Shown: positions 1 through 8,800 of the stretch, piece by piece | How the letters are laid out: every line of letters starts with the position of its first letter | How positions within the stretch are numbered: the stretch's first letter is position 1 | Virus record (IMG/VR): IMGVR_UViG_3300044620_001996 | Length of the DNA: 20,000 bases | Direction: 5' to 3' (one strand) | Source of the DNA: an uncultured virus (IMG/VR IMGVR_UViG_3300044620_001996) | Taxonomy: Duplodnaviria > Heunggongvirae > Uroviricota > Caudoviricetes | Made by a program: the position numbers and the translations under genes | Notes under the pieces: generated by a model | What the model saw: only the letters and a program-made list of their open reading frames with translations | Databases searched by the model: none | What the model was told of the DNA's origin: nothing

Positions 1-2
1 AC

Positions 3-563
3 CCCCTGGAGCTGACCGTGGGCCACGAGGGCATGATCGCTGACCTGCAGGCCTATGTGTCCCGCAGCTACTACAACCAGTCCGGCGTTGCCATCCCCTT
101 CGGCTCGCTGGTCGCCATCGATAACGACCCCACCAGCAACGATCCCTTTGCTGTGCTGCTGGCAACCAGCGGTACCGGTGTCGTGGGTCTGTCCGTTGAC
201 GGTCTGACCTTCGAGGGCGTTGGCGGCAGCTCTGCCTACACCCCCAACCCCACCAACGTCATCGGTGACGGCTCCCTTCGCGTGGGCTACCCGAATGGCC
301 AGACCATGAACGTCGTCTCCAAAGGCGTCGTCTGGGTCTACAGCACCGCCGCCATCGCCCTCGGTGATGCTGTGCGTTTCTTCGGCGTCGACCACTCGTC
401 CACCGTCACCGGTGCTTTCGTGGGTCGCTTCACCAAGACCGCCGTGGCCAACAAGACCTTCGCCATGACTGGCGGGGCTCGCTGGCTGTCTGAAACCAGC
501 GGCGCCGGCCTGGTCCTCCTCGAGATTGACATCCCGGGGATCACCTTCACCGCCGACACCTGA
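3..563 (+). CDS. Capsid decoration/cement protein, 5'-truncated by the window edge
   Basis: The frame is open from base 3 (PLELTVGHEGMIADLQ...), so the true start lies upstream and GTG 18 is probably internal. It is a Gly/Val/Thr-rich beta-type protein (IPFGSLV, GVVWVYSTAAIALGDAV) directly upstream of a DUF2184-type capsid gene, the usual position of the decoration protein. Confidence 0.7.
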   Translation, partial: PLELTVGHEGMIADLQAYVSRSYYNQSGVAIPFGSLVAIDNDPTSNDPFAVLLATSGTGVVGLSVDGLTFEGVGGSSAYTPNPTNVIGDGSLRVGYPNGQTMNVVSKGVVWVYSTAAIALGDAVRFFGVDHSSTVTGAFVGRFTKTAVANKTFAMTGGARWLSETSGAGLVLLEIDIPGITFTADT

Positions 564-580
564 TCCCGGAGCCCCATCCC

Positions 581-1498
581 ATGACCACCGACATCCGTAA
601 CGACTCGGTCGGCCTCTTTCTTGCTCGCGAGCTGGAGTCCATCCTCGCTCGCGCCTTCGAGGTTGAGTACGCCGACATCAAGTACAGCACCGTCATCCCC
701 GTCTCCTCCGAGGTCGGTAACGGCGCTGATTCCTTCACCTATCGCGTCTTCGACAAGCAAGGCTCGATGAAGGTCATTGGCGACAAAGCCCAAGACCTGC
801 CCCGTGCTGACGTCCTCCGCAAGGAAGTGACCCACCCGGTCCGCAGCCTCGGTGCTTCCTTCGCCTACACCGTCCAGGAAACCCGTGCCGCCTCCATGGT
901 GCCCGGCATGAACCTGGAGCAGCGCCGCGCTAACGCCGTGCGCCGCGCCTACGAGGAGAAAGTGCAGGAGATCGCCTACTTCGGCGATGCCCCCTCCGGC
1001 ATGAAGGGCTTCTTCAACAACAATCAGGTGGACAAGCTGGTGCCGGACCACTGGTTCGACACCGTGGACATCACCACCGACGAGATGCTGCAGCTGCTCA
1101 ACGAGCCCGCCACGCGGATCGTGCAGAACAGCAACATGAAGGAGATGCCCAACACGATGCTGGTGCCCTACAACGTGTACCGCATCATCTCCACCACCCC
1201 GCGCAGCACCACCTCCGACACCACGGTGATGGAGTTCTTCCTGCGCACCAACCCGATGATCACCGCGATCGAGCCCATCAACGAGCTCGAAGCCTCCAAG
1301 TCTGGTGGTGTCCTGTCCAAGGACCGCGTGATCTGCTACGACCGCAGCCCCGACAAGCTGCAGCTGCACATCCCGCAGCCCCTCGAGTTCTTCCCGCCCG
1401 TGCGCGCCGAGCTCGAGTTCTCCGTCGCCGCTCACGCTCGCATCGGCGGCCTCGCGCTCTACTACCCCAAGAGCGCCATCGTGCTCGAGAAAGCCTGA
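581..1498 (+). CDS. Major capsid protein, HK97 fold, DUF2184 (encapsulin/Linocin-M18-like) family, 305 aa
   Basis: Motifs FLARELESI, IPVSSEVGNGADSFTYRVFD, DLPRAD, IAYFGD..GMKGFFN and RIGGLALYYP match my recollection of DUF2184 capsid proteins. C-ending codon bias is very strong, and a GGAG lies upstream. Confidence 0.9.
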   Translation: MTTDIRNDSVGLFLARELESILARAFEVEYADIKYSTVIPVSSEVGNGADSFTYRVFDKQGSMKVIGDKAQDLPRADVLRKEVTHPVRSLGASFAYTVQETRAASMVPGMNLEQRRANAVRRAYEEKVQEIAYFGDAPSGMKGFFNNNQVDKLVPDHWFDTVDITTDEMLQLLNEPATRIVQNSNMKEMPNTMLVPYNVYRIISTTPRSTTSDTTVMEFFLRTNPMITAIEPINELEASKSGGVLSKDRVICYDRSPDKLQLHIPQPLEFFPPVRAELEFSVAAHARIGGLALYYPKSAIVLEKA

Positions 1499-1540
1499 TC
1501 CAGGCTGCGCGCTTGCTTTGTTGGCTCTTTCACCTTTCTG
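1492..1540 (+). terminator. Possible weak terminator or mRNA-stabilising hairpin at the end of the capsid gene
   Basis: AGCCTG-ATC-CAGGCT (1492-1506) is a 6-bp stem spanning the stop codon. It is followed by a pyrimidine-rich tract (CTTGCTTTGTTGGCTCTTTCACCTTTC) but has no clean U-run adjacent to the stem. Confidence 0.3.
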
Positions 1541-1543
1541 ATC

Positions 1544-1957
1544 ATGATCCTCGTCTATCGCCCCGAACTCGAAAGTCCTCCAATGGACCCCGAGTGCACG
1601 ATTGGCTTCTCCTTTGTCCAACACACAGGACAACCGGAAAGCATCCAGGTGAAGTCCGGTGTCAACCGCGGCTTCCCCGAGAAAGTGTGGGAGCAGATCA
1701 AGGACTACGACGTCGTCAAGAACATGCTGAAACTCGGCGCCCTGCGCGTCGAAGAGGATCAGGCCTTCGTGTCCGATCCTGCAGCAGCCGCTGACGTGGA
1801 CTCCATCGCAGACATGCCTGTCACGCAGGCACTCCGTCTCGTGGAGGACAGCTTCGATGTCGCCCAGCTCCAACGTTGGGAGTCAGGTGAGCAGCGGATC
1901 CGCATCCGCAACGCCATCAGCAAGCGCATCTCTGCCATCACAGAGGGTAACGGCTAA
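1544..1957 (+). CDS. Hypothetical head-region protein, 137 aa, possibly a packaging/assembly accessory factor
   Basis: Typical codon bias, located between the capsid and head-tail adaptor genes with a TAATG overlap to the next gene. It has an N-terminal domain, an Ala linker and a small helical C-terminal domain (QALRLVEDSFDVAQLQRWESGEQRIRIRNAISKRI). Confidence 0.7.
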   Translation: MILVYRPELESPPMDPECTIGFSFVQHTGQPESIQVKSGVNRGFPEKVWEQIKDYDVVKNMLKLGALRVEEDQAFVSDPAAAADVDSIADMPVTQALRLVEDSFDVAQLQRWESGEQRIRIRNAISKRISAITEGNG

Positions 1958-2265
1958 TGGCTGTCCCCACCTCCAGTGAGTTCCTTACCCGCTTCCCCGA
2001 GTTCGGCGAGCTTTCGCTCCCCGTAGTCCAGAGCGCCCTCACGGAGGCTGGCCGTTCCACCCCTGCGGCCAACTGGGGCACCGTTCACACCGAGGCCGTC
2101 AGCAATCTGGCGGCTCACATCCTCTCCACCCGTGTCATGCAGATCGGCCTTCAGGTCGGTAGTCAGGCAGGCCAGCCCCTCGGCACCGGTCTGACCGCCA
2201 GCTTGTACGGCCAGGAGTACGAACGCCTCAAAGGCAACCTCGCTCTTTCTGGATTCGCGCTGTAG
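1957..2265 (+). CDS. Head-tail adaptor protein, DUF4054-like, 102 aa
   Basis: FLTRFPEF at the N-terminus, LAAHIL, and SLYGQEYERL are characteristic of DUF4054 adaptors. Synteny fits. Confidence 0.85.
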   Translation: MAVPTSSEFLTRFPEFGELSLPVVQSALTEAGRSTPAANWGTVHTEAVSNLAAHILSTRVMQIGLQVGSQAGQPLGTGLTASLYGQEYERLKGNLALSGFAL

Positions 2266-2267
2266 TC

Positions 2268-2672
2268 ATGGCTATCTCCGCCGCCACGATCGCCAGCTAC
2301 GCCCCCTGGGGCAATGCCCAGCTGGCATTCGAGGTTGGCGGAACCACCCTCACTACGGACGCCAGCACGGGCAACACGGTGCAAACCGTCGAGACCGTCG
2401 AATACCTGGCTGCGCTCAAACTCGAGGCCCCCTCGTGGGATGGCCAACCAGGAGCCGACAACTCGAGCTACCGCTGCAGCGGGCGCCTGCTCAGCCCTGA
2501 TCGCCTGGACCTTCGGATTACCAACGGCAGCCAAGCGGAAGCCATCATCAATGGCTACCGCGGTCGTTTCGAGCTCGTTTTCGATCTCGATATGGACGCC
2601 GCTGCCTACCAGGACATCCGCCAGTCCATCCAAGGCACGTTCCGTGTCATCGGAGGCTTCATCGATGGCTAG
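2268..2672 (+). CDS. Probable head closure/stopper protein, 134 aa
   Basis: Follows the adaptor and has the expected size. It is beta-rich with a 'TTDASTGNTV' loop typical of stopper proteins. The call rests mostly on synteny. Confidence 0.6.
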   Translation: MAISAATIASYAPWGNAQLAFEVGGTTLTTDASTGNTVQTVETVEYLAALKLEAPSWDGQPGADNSSYRCSGRLLSPDRLDLRITNGSQAEAIINGYRGRFELVFDLDMDAAAYQDIRQSIQGTFRVIGGFIDG

Positions 2673-3036
2673 ACGCCCACTCGACGCACAGCTCCGCGCT
2701 GCCACCGCCCAGGCGACCCGGCAGCTTGCCACTTGGCTCGACACCCGCTTCACCGCGGAGATCTCGTCGGCCAAATGGGACTACCCCACACCTCCGAAGG
2801 TGCGGGACATCGTGGATACCGGCCGCCTCCGTGCCAGCCAGACTCGATCCGTCAACGCTGATGGGTCAGTCACCTTCACCTGGCCGGTGGAATATGCCGC
2901 CCAGGTCCACGAGGGCGGAGTTGCCATCACCGGCCTCCGCTTCCCCGGCCGACCTTGGACTAAGGCTCCTCTTGAAGAAGCACAAGCCCAGTTCGACCGC
3001 TTCCTGCGCAACGCTCTCCGCGCTGAGCAGTCATGA
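2665..3036 (+). CDS. Neck/tail-completion protein, HK97 gp10-like, 123 aa
   Basis: Start revised from 2314 to ATG 2665 (8-nt overlap with the upstream gene). Motifs RDIVDTGRLRAS, VEYAAQVHEG and PGRPW are typical of the gp10-like family. Confidence 0.85.
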   Translation: MARRPLDAQLRAATAQATRQLATWLDTRFTAEISSAKWDYPTPPKVRDIVDTGRLRASQTRSVNADGSVTFTWPVEYAAQVHEGGVAITGLRFPGRPWTKAPLEEAQAQFDRFLRNALRAEQS

Positions 3037-3506
3037 CGATCTCAACCAGCTGCCCCGAGGTGCGCTCCCTGCGCACCACCATCGAGCGCTACATCCTCGA
3101 TCTCTACGAGGTCGATGGCACCACGCTCAAGTCGCAAGCCAGCTGGCCCGGCTACTACACCTTGCCCAACAACACCCGCATCCCTGCGGTCTACGTCGTC
3201 GGCGAGGCCATGGTTCCCTCCAACTGGGCTGTAACCGGAATCGAGTGCACCATCACTGATGTACCCGAGATCGTCTCTCCTGGCTCCGTCGGAGCCATCC
3301 TGTCCTTCGAGCGCTGGCCTGTTCGTTTCACGAACTACGGCACCCGCAAGGGCACTCGCATGCCGATCTCTCTGCTGGACATCAGCAGGCGTTTGGCACG
3401 CACCTTCCCCCGGGATAGTGCTACGCACACTCCCCGGACCGAGGCCACATACGAGGCCTTGACGGTGTCCATCTTGGGCCCCGTTCTGAACCCCCCGATC
3501 CCATAA
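3033..3506 (+). CDS. Probable tail terminator protein, 157 aa
   Basis: ATGA overlap with the previous gene and position immediately before the major tail protein. The 'IPAVYV' motif resembles tail terminators. Confidence 0.6.
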   Translation: MTISTSCPEVRSLRTTIERYILDLYEVDGTTLKSQASWPGYYTLPNNTRIPAVYVVGEAMVPSNWAVTGIECTITDVPEIVSPGSVGAILSFERWPVRFTNYGTRKGTRMPISLLDISRRLARTFPRDSATHTPRTEATYEALTVSILGPVLNPPIP

Positions 3507-3518
3507 GGAGTCCCAACC

Positions 3519-4529
3519 ATGGCCGACTACGCCATCGGGCTGTCGTTCCACAAGGCTCACCGGACCCTAGTCCGTGCCGTGGACCTCACCCCTCCCTGCC
3601 GCTACTTCGCAACCCGCGACACCGCCGGCATGGTCACCCTGCCCACTCTCGACGCCGGTTCCCGCTACGTCGAGATCCAAGGTGTCAGCAACACCACCTT
3701 CGCCATCAACGACAACAACCAGGAGTTCCGCCTTCTGGGTGACGACGGTTGGGGTGACTCGGTGATCACCGGCTCCAGCGTTCAGGCCTCTGTGACTGCC
3801 TACTTCCTGAAGGACACAGGCATCCCGGCCGGCCAGAACTGCCCCGTGTTCCGCGGCAACTACGAAGAGGGCTTTTCTCTTATCGAGAAAGCGCGGTACA
3901 ACAAGGACTACGAGCTCTACATCGAGTTTCTTAAAGAGCTCGGTCAGGCCAACGGTACTAGCGGCAACTACATCTACGACTTCACAGGCTTCAACGCCGT
4001 CGTGATGAACTACAACGAGAACCTCACCGCAGAGGGTCTCACCGAGGTCTCCTTCGACCTGATGTCCCGCGGTCGCCCCGTATTCGGCCGCTACGACGCT
4101 GGTGCTACCCCCCTGGCCTTCGGTGGCGTGCAGTCGAGCCTGCTGTTCACCTCTGCTACCTCCGGCACCCGCCGGTATGCGGTTGTGCCGGCTAACAACG
4201 CTGACGAGATTGCAGTAGGCGACAACCTCACTGTCACCTACACCAGCGATGGCAGCACTGCGCTGACCCAGCTCTCCCTGGGCCAGACCAACGGCAGCGG
4301 CTTCCGCCTCGAAGTCGCCTCCAGCGGCACTCTTGTCCCTGCTGTCGTATCCCTGGCCAGCAACGTCGTCACTATCAACCCCTCTGCCAATCTGGCGGCT
4401 GACACCATCTACCGCCTCCGCGTGGCTGACGGTGCCATCAGACAGGCCCTCGACAACAGCGGTAACCCCTCTGCTACCGGTGTTCTGTTCCCCCTCCAAG
4501 GTTTCGAGACCCTCTTCCGTACGGCCTAA
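3519..4529 (+). CDS. Major tail tube protein with C-terminal Ig-like (Big_5-like) domain, 336 aa
   Basis: Strong Shine-Dalgarno (TAAGGAG) and high-expression codon bias. The tube-like core reads LLGDDGWGDSVITGSSVQASVTAYF and NYNENLTAEGLTEVSFDL. The C-terminal PANNA..VTINPSANLAADTIYRLRV is Big_5-like. A terminator follows. Confidence 0.85.
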   Translation: MADYAIGLSFHKAHRTLVRAVDLTPPCRYFATRDTAGMVTLPTLDAGSRYVEIQGVSNTTFAINDNNQEFRLLGDDGWGDSVITGSSVQASVTAYFLKDTGIPAGQNCPVFRGNYEEGFSLIEKARYNKDYELYIEFLKELGQANGTSGNYIYDFTGFNAVVMNYNENLTAEGLTEVSFDLMSRGRPVFGRYDAGATPLAFGGVQSSLLFTSATSGTRRYAVVPANNADEIAVGDNLTVTYTSDGSTALTQLSLGQTNGSGFRLEVASSGTLVPAVVSLASNVVTINPSANLAADTIYRLRVADGAIRQALDNSGNPSATGVLFPLQGFETLFRTA

Positions 4530-4558
4530 GGGTCAGACTGAGCTCGAGCCAACTACTC

Positions 4559-4583
4559 AGCCCCGCCACCGCGGGGCTTTTTT
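4559..4583 (+). terminator. Rho-independent terminator
   Basis: AGCCCCGC-CACC-GCGGGGCT is a perfect 8-bp stem running into TTTTTT, 30 nt after the tail tube stop. Confidence 0.9.
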
Positions 4584-4595
4584 GTACCTACAGCA

Positions 4596-4829
4596 ATGCA
4601 ACACGACCTCTTAATGGACGCAGCCCACATGGTGTATGCAGTGAACTGCCAAGTACAAGGCGACACCCTTCACTGCGGCGCCTTGTACCTGGAGCCCCTG
4701 ATCCCGTTCAAATCTATACGCTTAGCGTATGAGGCTGCTAGCGTGATGGTTGAACTACCTGACGAGCTCGTAAACCAAGTTGAGCCTTTCAGGTCTTGGT
4801 CCATCGATCTCCCCATCGCTGATGTCTAA
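4596..4829 (+). CDS. Hypothetical protein, 77 aa
   Basis: ATG start, fills the gap between the terminator and the chaperone gene, and its stop overlaps the chaperone ATG by 8 nt. No motif recognised. Confidence 0.6.
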   Translation: MQHDLLMDAAHMVYAVNCQVQGDTLHCGALYLEPLIPFKSIRLAYEAASVMVELPDELVNQVEPFRSWSIDLPIADV

Positions 4830-5364
4830 GTACGCGTCGCTCCTGTTCTCCCCCGAGGAGTACCACGAGATCGGCCCTTTCCGCTTCCCCGTTTACCACG
4901 ACCTTGTACCAGGTGAAGCTAAGGGCATTGAAACGCTAAGCCGTAAGCAATCTAAGTCGACATTCCGCTCTATTAAGCTTGCGCAACGCATTGCTAAAGA
5001 CAAAGGCATCACAACCAAAGAAGCTATTGACCTTCTCGGCAACTCCGCCGAAGAGAACCAAGAGCTTCTCTACGACTACGCTTCTGATCTTGAAGAGCTG
5101 CAGCGCGACGCCATTGGAGCTGTCGAGCAGCAAATCGCCTTCGTCACGCTCTTCATGCAGTACCGCGGCGAAGCCAAGCTGCCCCGCGCCAAGGACTGGC
5201 AAAAGCTTGAAGACTGGACCGAGGCCGACACCGAAGCCATCCCCACCCGCTTGATGGAGCAAATCTTCGAGCTCCTCACCTGGGAGCGTGATGGCTGGCC
5301 CACAGCGGAGGGAAACGATTCGGCGGAGGAGCCCGAATTCAGCCCTCCCCCGAGCAAATCCTGA
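4822..5364 (+). CDS. Tail assembly chaperone (lambda gpG analogue), 180 aa
   Basis: Start revised to ATG 4822 (MSKYASLLF). It is an acidic helical protein between the tube and tape measure genes, with slippery G GGA AAC near the 3' end. Confidence 0.85.
   Translation: MSKYASLLFSPEEYHEIGPFRFPVYHDLVPGEAKGIETLSRKQSKSTFRSIKLAQRIAKDKGITTKEAIDLLGNSAEENQELLYDYASDLEELQRDAIGAVEQQIAFVTLFMQYRGEAKLPRAKDWQKLEDWTEADTEAIPTRLMEQIFELLTWERDGWPTAEGNDSAEEPEFSPPPSKS
5310..5316 (+). other. -1 programmed ribosomal frameshift heptamer GGGAAAC
   Basis: Correctly phased X XXY YYZ site (gaG GGA AAC). The -1 frame is open from 5292 to TAA at 5795. Confidence 0.85.
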
Positions 5365-5795
5365 AACAGGCCGAGGAAACGCTACGCACCCCGCTGTCTG
5401 ACTGGGACTCGGTGTACTTCCGAGTCCGTTCATCTCCAGTAGGTGGAGACTTCACCCCCGCCCGGTTCCTCCGCACCCCGATTAGCACAATCCGCTGGCT
5501 GCTGCGTCAAATCGACGACCTCGAGCGCGGTAATGCCAACACGCAAAGCGTCACCGCGGCCCGGCTTACCACCGTGCTGATCCAGATCGCACACGGTTTC
5601 TCCGGTTCCAAGCGCCCCGCACCCAAGGTGCAGCCCCGCGATTTCTTCCCCTTCCCTGACTGGAAACCAACAGCAGCAGTCTCCGACGGCCCCGACGGAC
5701 CCACCAAGTTCATCCTCTCCGAGCTCGTACGCACCCAGTGCCTGCCGCTGCACGTCTACGCCGCGCTCGCAACCGCAGCCACAGGCCCGACCTAA
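5316..5795 (+). CDS. gpT-like C-terminal extension of the tail chaperone; G-T fusion join(4822..5316,5316..5795), 324 aa
   Basis: The -1 frame reads RFGGGARIQPSPEQILKQAEETLRTPLSDWDSVYFRV..., so it is open well upstream of the GTG 5412 called by the ORF track. This is the classic G/GT arrangement. Confidence 0.8.
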   Translation, partial: RFGGGARIQPSPEQILKQAEETLRTPLSDWDSVYFRVRSSPVGGDFTPARFLRTPISTIRWLLRQIDDLERGNANTQSVTAARLTTVLIQIAHGFSGSKRPAPKVQPRDFFPFPDWKPTAAVSDGPDGPTKFILSELVRTQCLPLHVYAALATAATGPT

Positions 5796-5819
5796 CATAC
5801 GAGTAGCGCATATCGGCCC

Positions 5820-8800
5820 GTGTCTGACTTTCGGCTCAACGTAATAGCTGAAACTCAGGCCGCTGAGCGAAAACTACAGCAGGTAGATAAACTCGCTACT
5901 GCGGCTACAAAGTCGCGTAAATTCAGTATTGACCTGAGAAGTCTAAACAAAGACTTTTCAAACATACAGAACGATATTAAGGCAGCCAGCAACAATATAC
6001 GTACCTTCTACTCCATCAGTAAGAATATACCTGGAGTAGGGGATAAAGTCCGCGAGTTTGAGAGCCTAGCTAAGACCACTGCAGCCACAGCAAAACAGCA
6101 GTTCCAGTTCGGCACAGCGCTTAAGGAAAGCGCGCAGGCAGGAAGCATTCTCTCGCGCTCACTCACTGTCGCCGGCACCGTCGGTGGCCGCCTTATCGAT
6201 GTACTCGCCAAGGTCGGATTCGCCACCTTCGCCCTCAAAGAGGCCGTCGGCGTCGTCCAAGCCGCATGGAATGGCTTCTTCAACAACACCATCGGCCGCG
6301 AGATCAAGCTCCGCGAGACGATCCTCAAGACTCAAACGACACTCGCGTCTACAAACCGCGTCTTTGCCGGTGGCAAAGAGATCACCGATCCGTACCAGAA
6401 GATCGTCTCACTGACCGGTGCTGTCGCAGAGCGCATCGATTCCATCCGAGAACGGTCCATCGCCCTGGCGGGCGTCACCTCGAATGACGTCATCGAGGTC
6501 TTTGGCCTCGTTGCTGCACAGGTAGGACAGATCGGCGGTGGCTTGAAGGAAGCCGAAGACCTCGCGATCAACTTCGCTGCCGCTCTCGGCACCTTCGGAA
6601 TACCGCTGTACCAGGCGCAGCAAGAGATCGGCTCCATCCTTCGTGGTGACATCACCACGGACTCGTATCTAGCCAAAGCGCTCGGTATCACCAATGAAGA
6701 CATCGCTCGCGCCAAGTCTCAAACCGGCGGCGTAACCAAGTTCCTCGAGGACCGCCTCGCCGCCGCAGTAGCCGGCCAGAAAATTGCCGCTCAGGGCTTC
6801 GCCGGTGTCATCTCCAACATCGCTGACCTCGGTGAACTCATAGGCCAGAACTTCGGCCGCGGCCTTCTCGACCCCCTGCTTGCCGGCCTGACCAGTGTCT
6901 TCGAGACCCTGTTCAAGATCCGCACCCAGATCTTCGCCATCGCCGAGGGCGCCGGCCAAGCCATCGGCCGCGCCGGGCAGCTCGTCGTCGGGCTCACCGC
7001 CGGCCGCACCGGAATCGGCGCCGGCGACCCCTCCCGCGCCGCCTCTGCCGCTGCCTCCGTCGCGCAGCAAGGCTTCAACCAGATCGAGCTTGTCGCTCAG
7101 CGCACCGTCGGTGCCCTCACGCAGGCCATCGAAGCGTTGAAGCCCACCGCGCTGATCCTGGTCGATGCCTTCCGCAACATCGCCGAGGCCTTTGTCCGCA
7201 TCAAGGTCGGAACCTTCGAGGCCCTCGCCTCCGCCCTGGCCAACATCGCCAGCGTCGTCGGCGCTATTTCGCAGCCTCTGGCGGGCCTCTTCAACCTCTA
7301 CTCGCGCTTCCTCAACACCCCCGCCGTCCAGTACTTCTCCGAGGTCGCCGCAGTACTCGGTCTCCTCAAGCGCGTCGGGCTCGACGCCGCTACACAGCTC
7401 GTACTCTTCGGCCGCTTCATCGTTGGCGCAGTCATCCCCGCCATCGGCGGCCTCGGCACAGCTCTCGCCGGCCTGGTCGGTGCCATCGCCGCAGTTGTCC
7501 TAGCCGTCGGCAAACTGATCGTCCTCTTCGCCGGTCTGGCCACAGCGCTCGTAGGCCCAGCCGCCGCTATCCCCGCTCTGGCAGCCGGCCTCAAGGCGCT
7601 ATCAGTTGAGCTGCTCACCATAGGCAAGCAAGCTGTCACGTCAGGTGCACAACTGAACGGCCTCGCTGCTGGCTTCCGCGGCCTCGGTGCTGGTGCAAAA
7701 GCCGCCGGCGCATCAATCCTGGCTTCCTTGGGCTGGATCGCCGTCATTCAGATCGGTATTGCTGCTGTAATCGACGCCTTCGGTCGCTTCCAGCGTGCAC
7801 AAGAGGATCAACGGTCAAGTGCACGCGCCGCGCAGGCGCTACGTGAGTTACAGACAACATATAAAGATGTAAACGAAGCATCTGATAGTGCGACTAGATC
7901 AGCCCGCGACTTCAGAGAAGCCATTGTCAATGCCAACTACAGCCGCAATATCGATCAGCTAGAAGAAGTACGCAAGAAAATCAACCAGATTCGCTACGAA
8001 CTCAAACCCGGTATCCAGAGCTGGGGCGAATTCTGGGATGCGCTCTCTGGATCCGAGGTCGGCCGATTCGAGGAACGCTCTCGTCAAGTACTCGGTGGCC
8101 TGCTCAGAGAGGAAGCCAAGATCAAAGCCGAGCTACGGGGTGTAGACGCTCAGCGCGACCGCGAACAAGCGATCAAGGACATCCAGCTCCAAGCACAGAA
8201 CCGCACCAATCTGGAGCGCGAGATCGCTGACCTGCGCCGCCAGCTTGAGAACGACCTATTCCAGCAGCGCGAAGCCTTAGCTCAGAAGGAAGTCGACATC
8301 TTCCGTGCCGCCGGCGAGCTGCGCATCAAGCAGATCGAGCGAGCCAACGCCAAACTCATTGAGGGCGAAGAAGGCGCCTCCCGCGCTGCCCTCGAGGCGC
8401 TCAACAACTACATCGCCACCCGCGAGCGCGGCGAACTTGAGATCGAAGCCGCCAAGCAGACCATCGCCATTGAGGTCACCAACCTCGAGAAGGCAATCAG
8501 CGACTACCGCTACGACACTGAGAAGAAGATCGCCGAGCTCCGCAAAAAGTCCGCGGACTACGAGCGCGATTCTGCCGACGCGCGTCAACGTGCCGCTGGC
8601 GGCGCCACGGCAGCAGCTCCCGGCGTCACTGCGGGCTTCCTCGTTGGCAGCACAGGCCGCAGCACCGGCCCGCATCTCGACATTCGCAGTCCAACAGGTA
8701 ACAAGCAGGCCGTCATCAACGAGGCAACAGCAATCATCAAGGCTTGGCAAGGTCAAGGCCTCGAGTACATCGAGCTCAGTAACGCCAAAATCGACGTCAA

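Noticed and set aside
581..1498. Cellular encapsulin nanocompartment or gene transfer agent
   Set aside because: The encapsulin-like shell gene sits in a complete head-neck-tail-fibre module, so it is a phage capsid. Nothing here specifically indicates a GTA, although free phage and prophage cannot be told apart from this window.
338..1873. 511-aa minus-strand ORF, plus 3567-4499 (310 aa) and many other antisense ORFs
   Set aside because: These are shadows of strongly C-ending sense codons, which remove antisense stops. They have no motifs and lie opposite clear structural genes.
2314..2664. N-terminal 117 aa of the 240-aa ORF call
   Set aside because: It overlaps the 2268-2672 gene completely and has off-frame composition. 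ATG 2665 gives a normal gp10-like protein.
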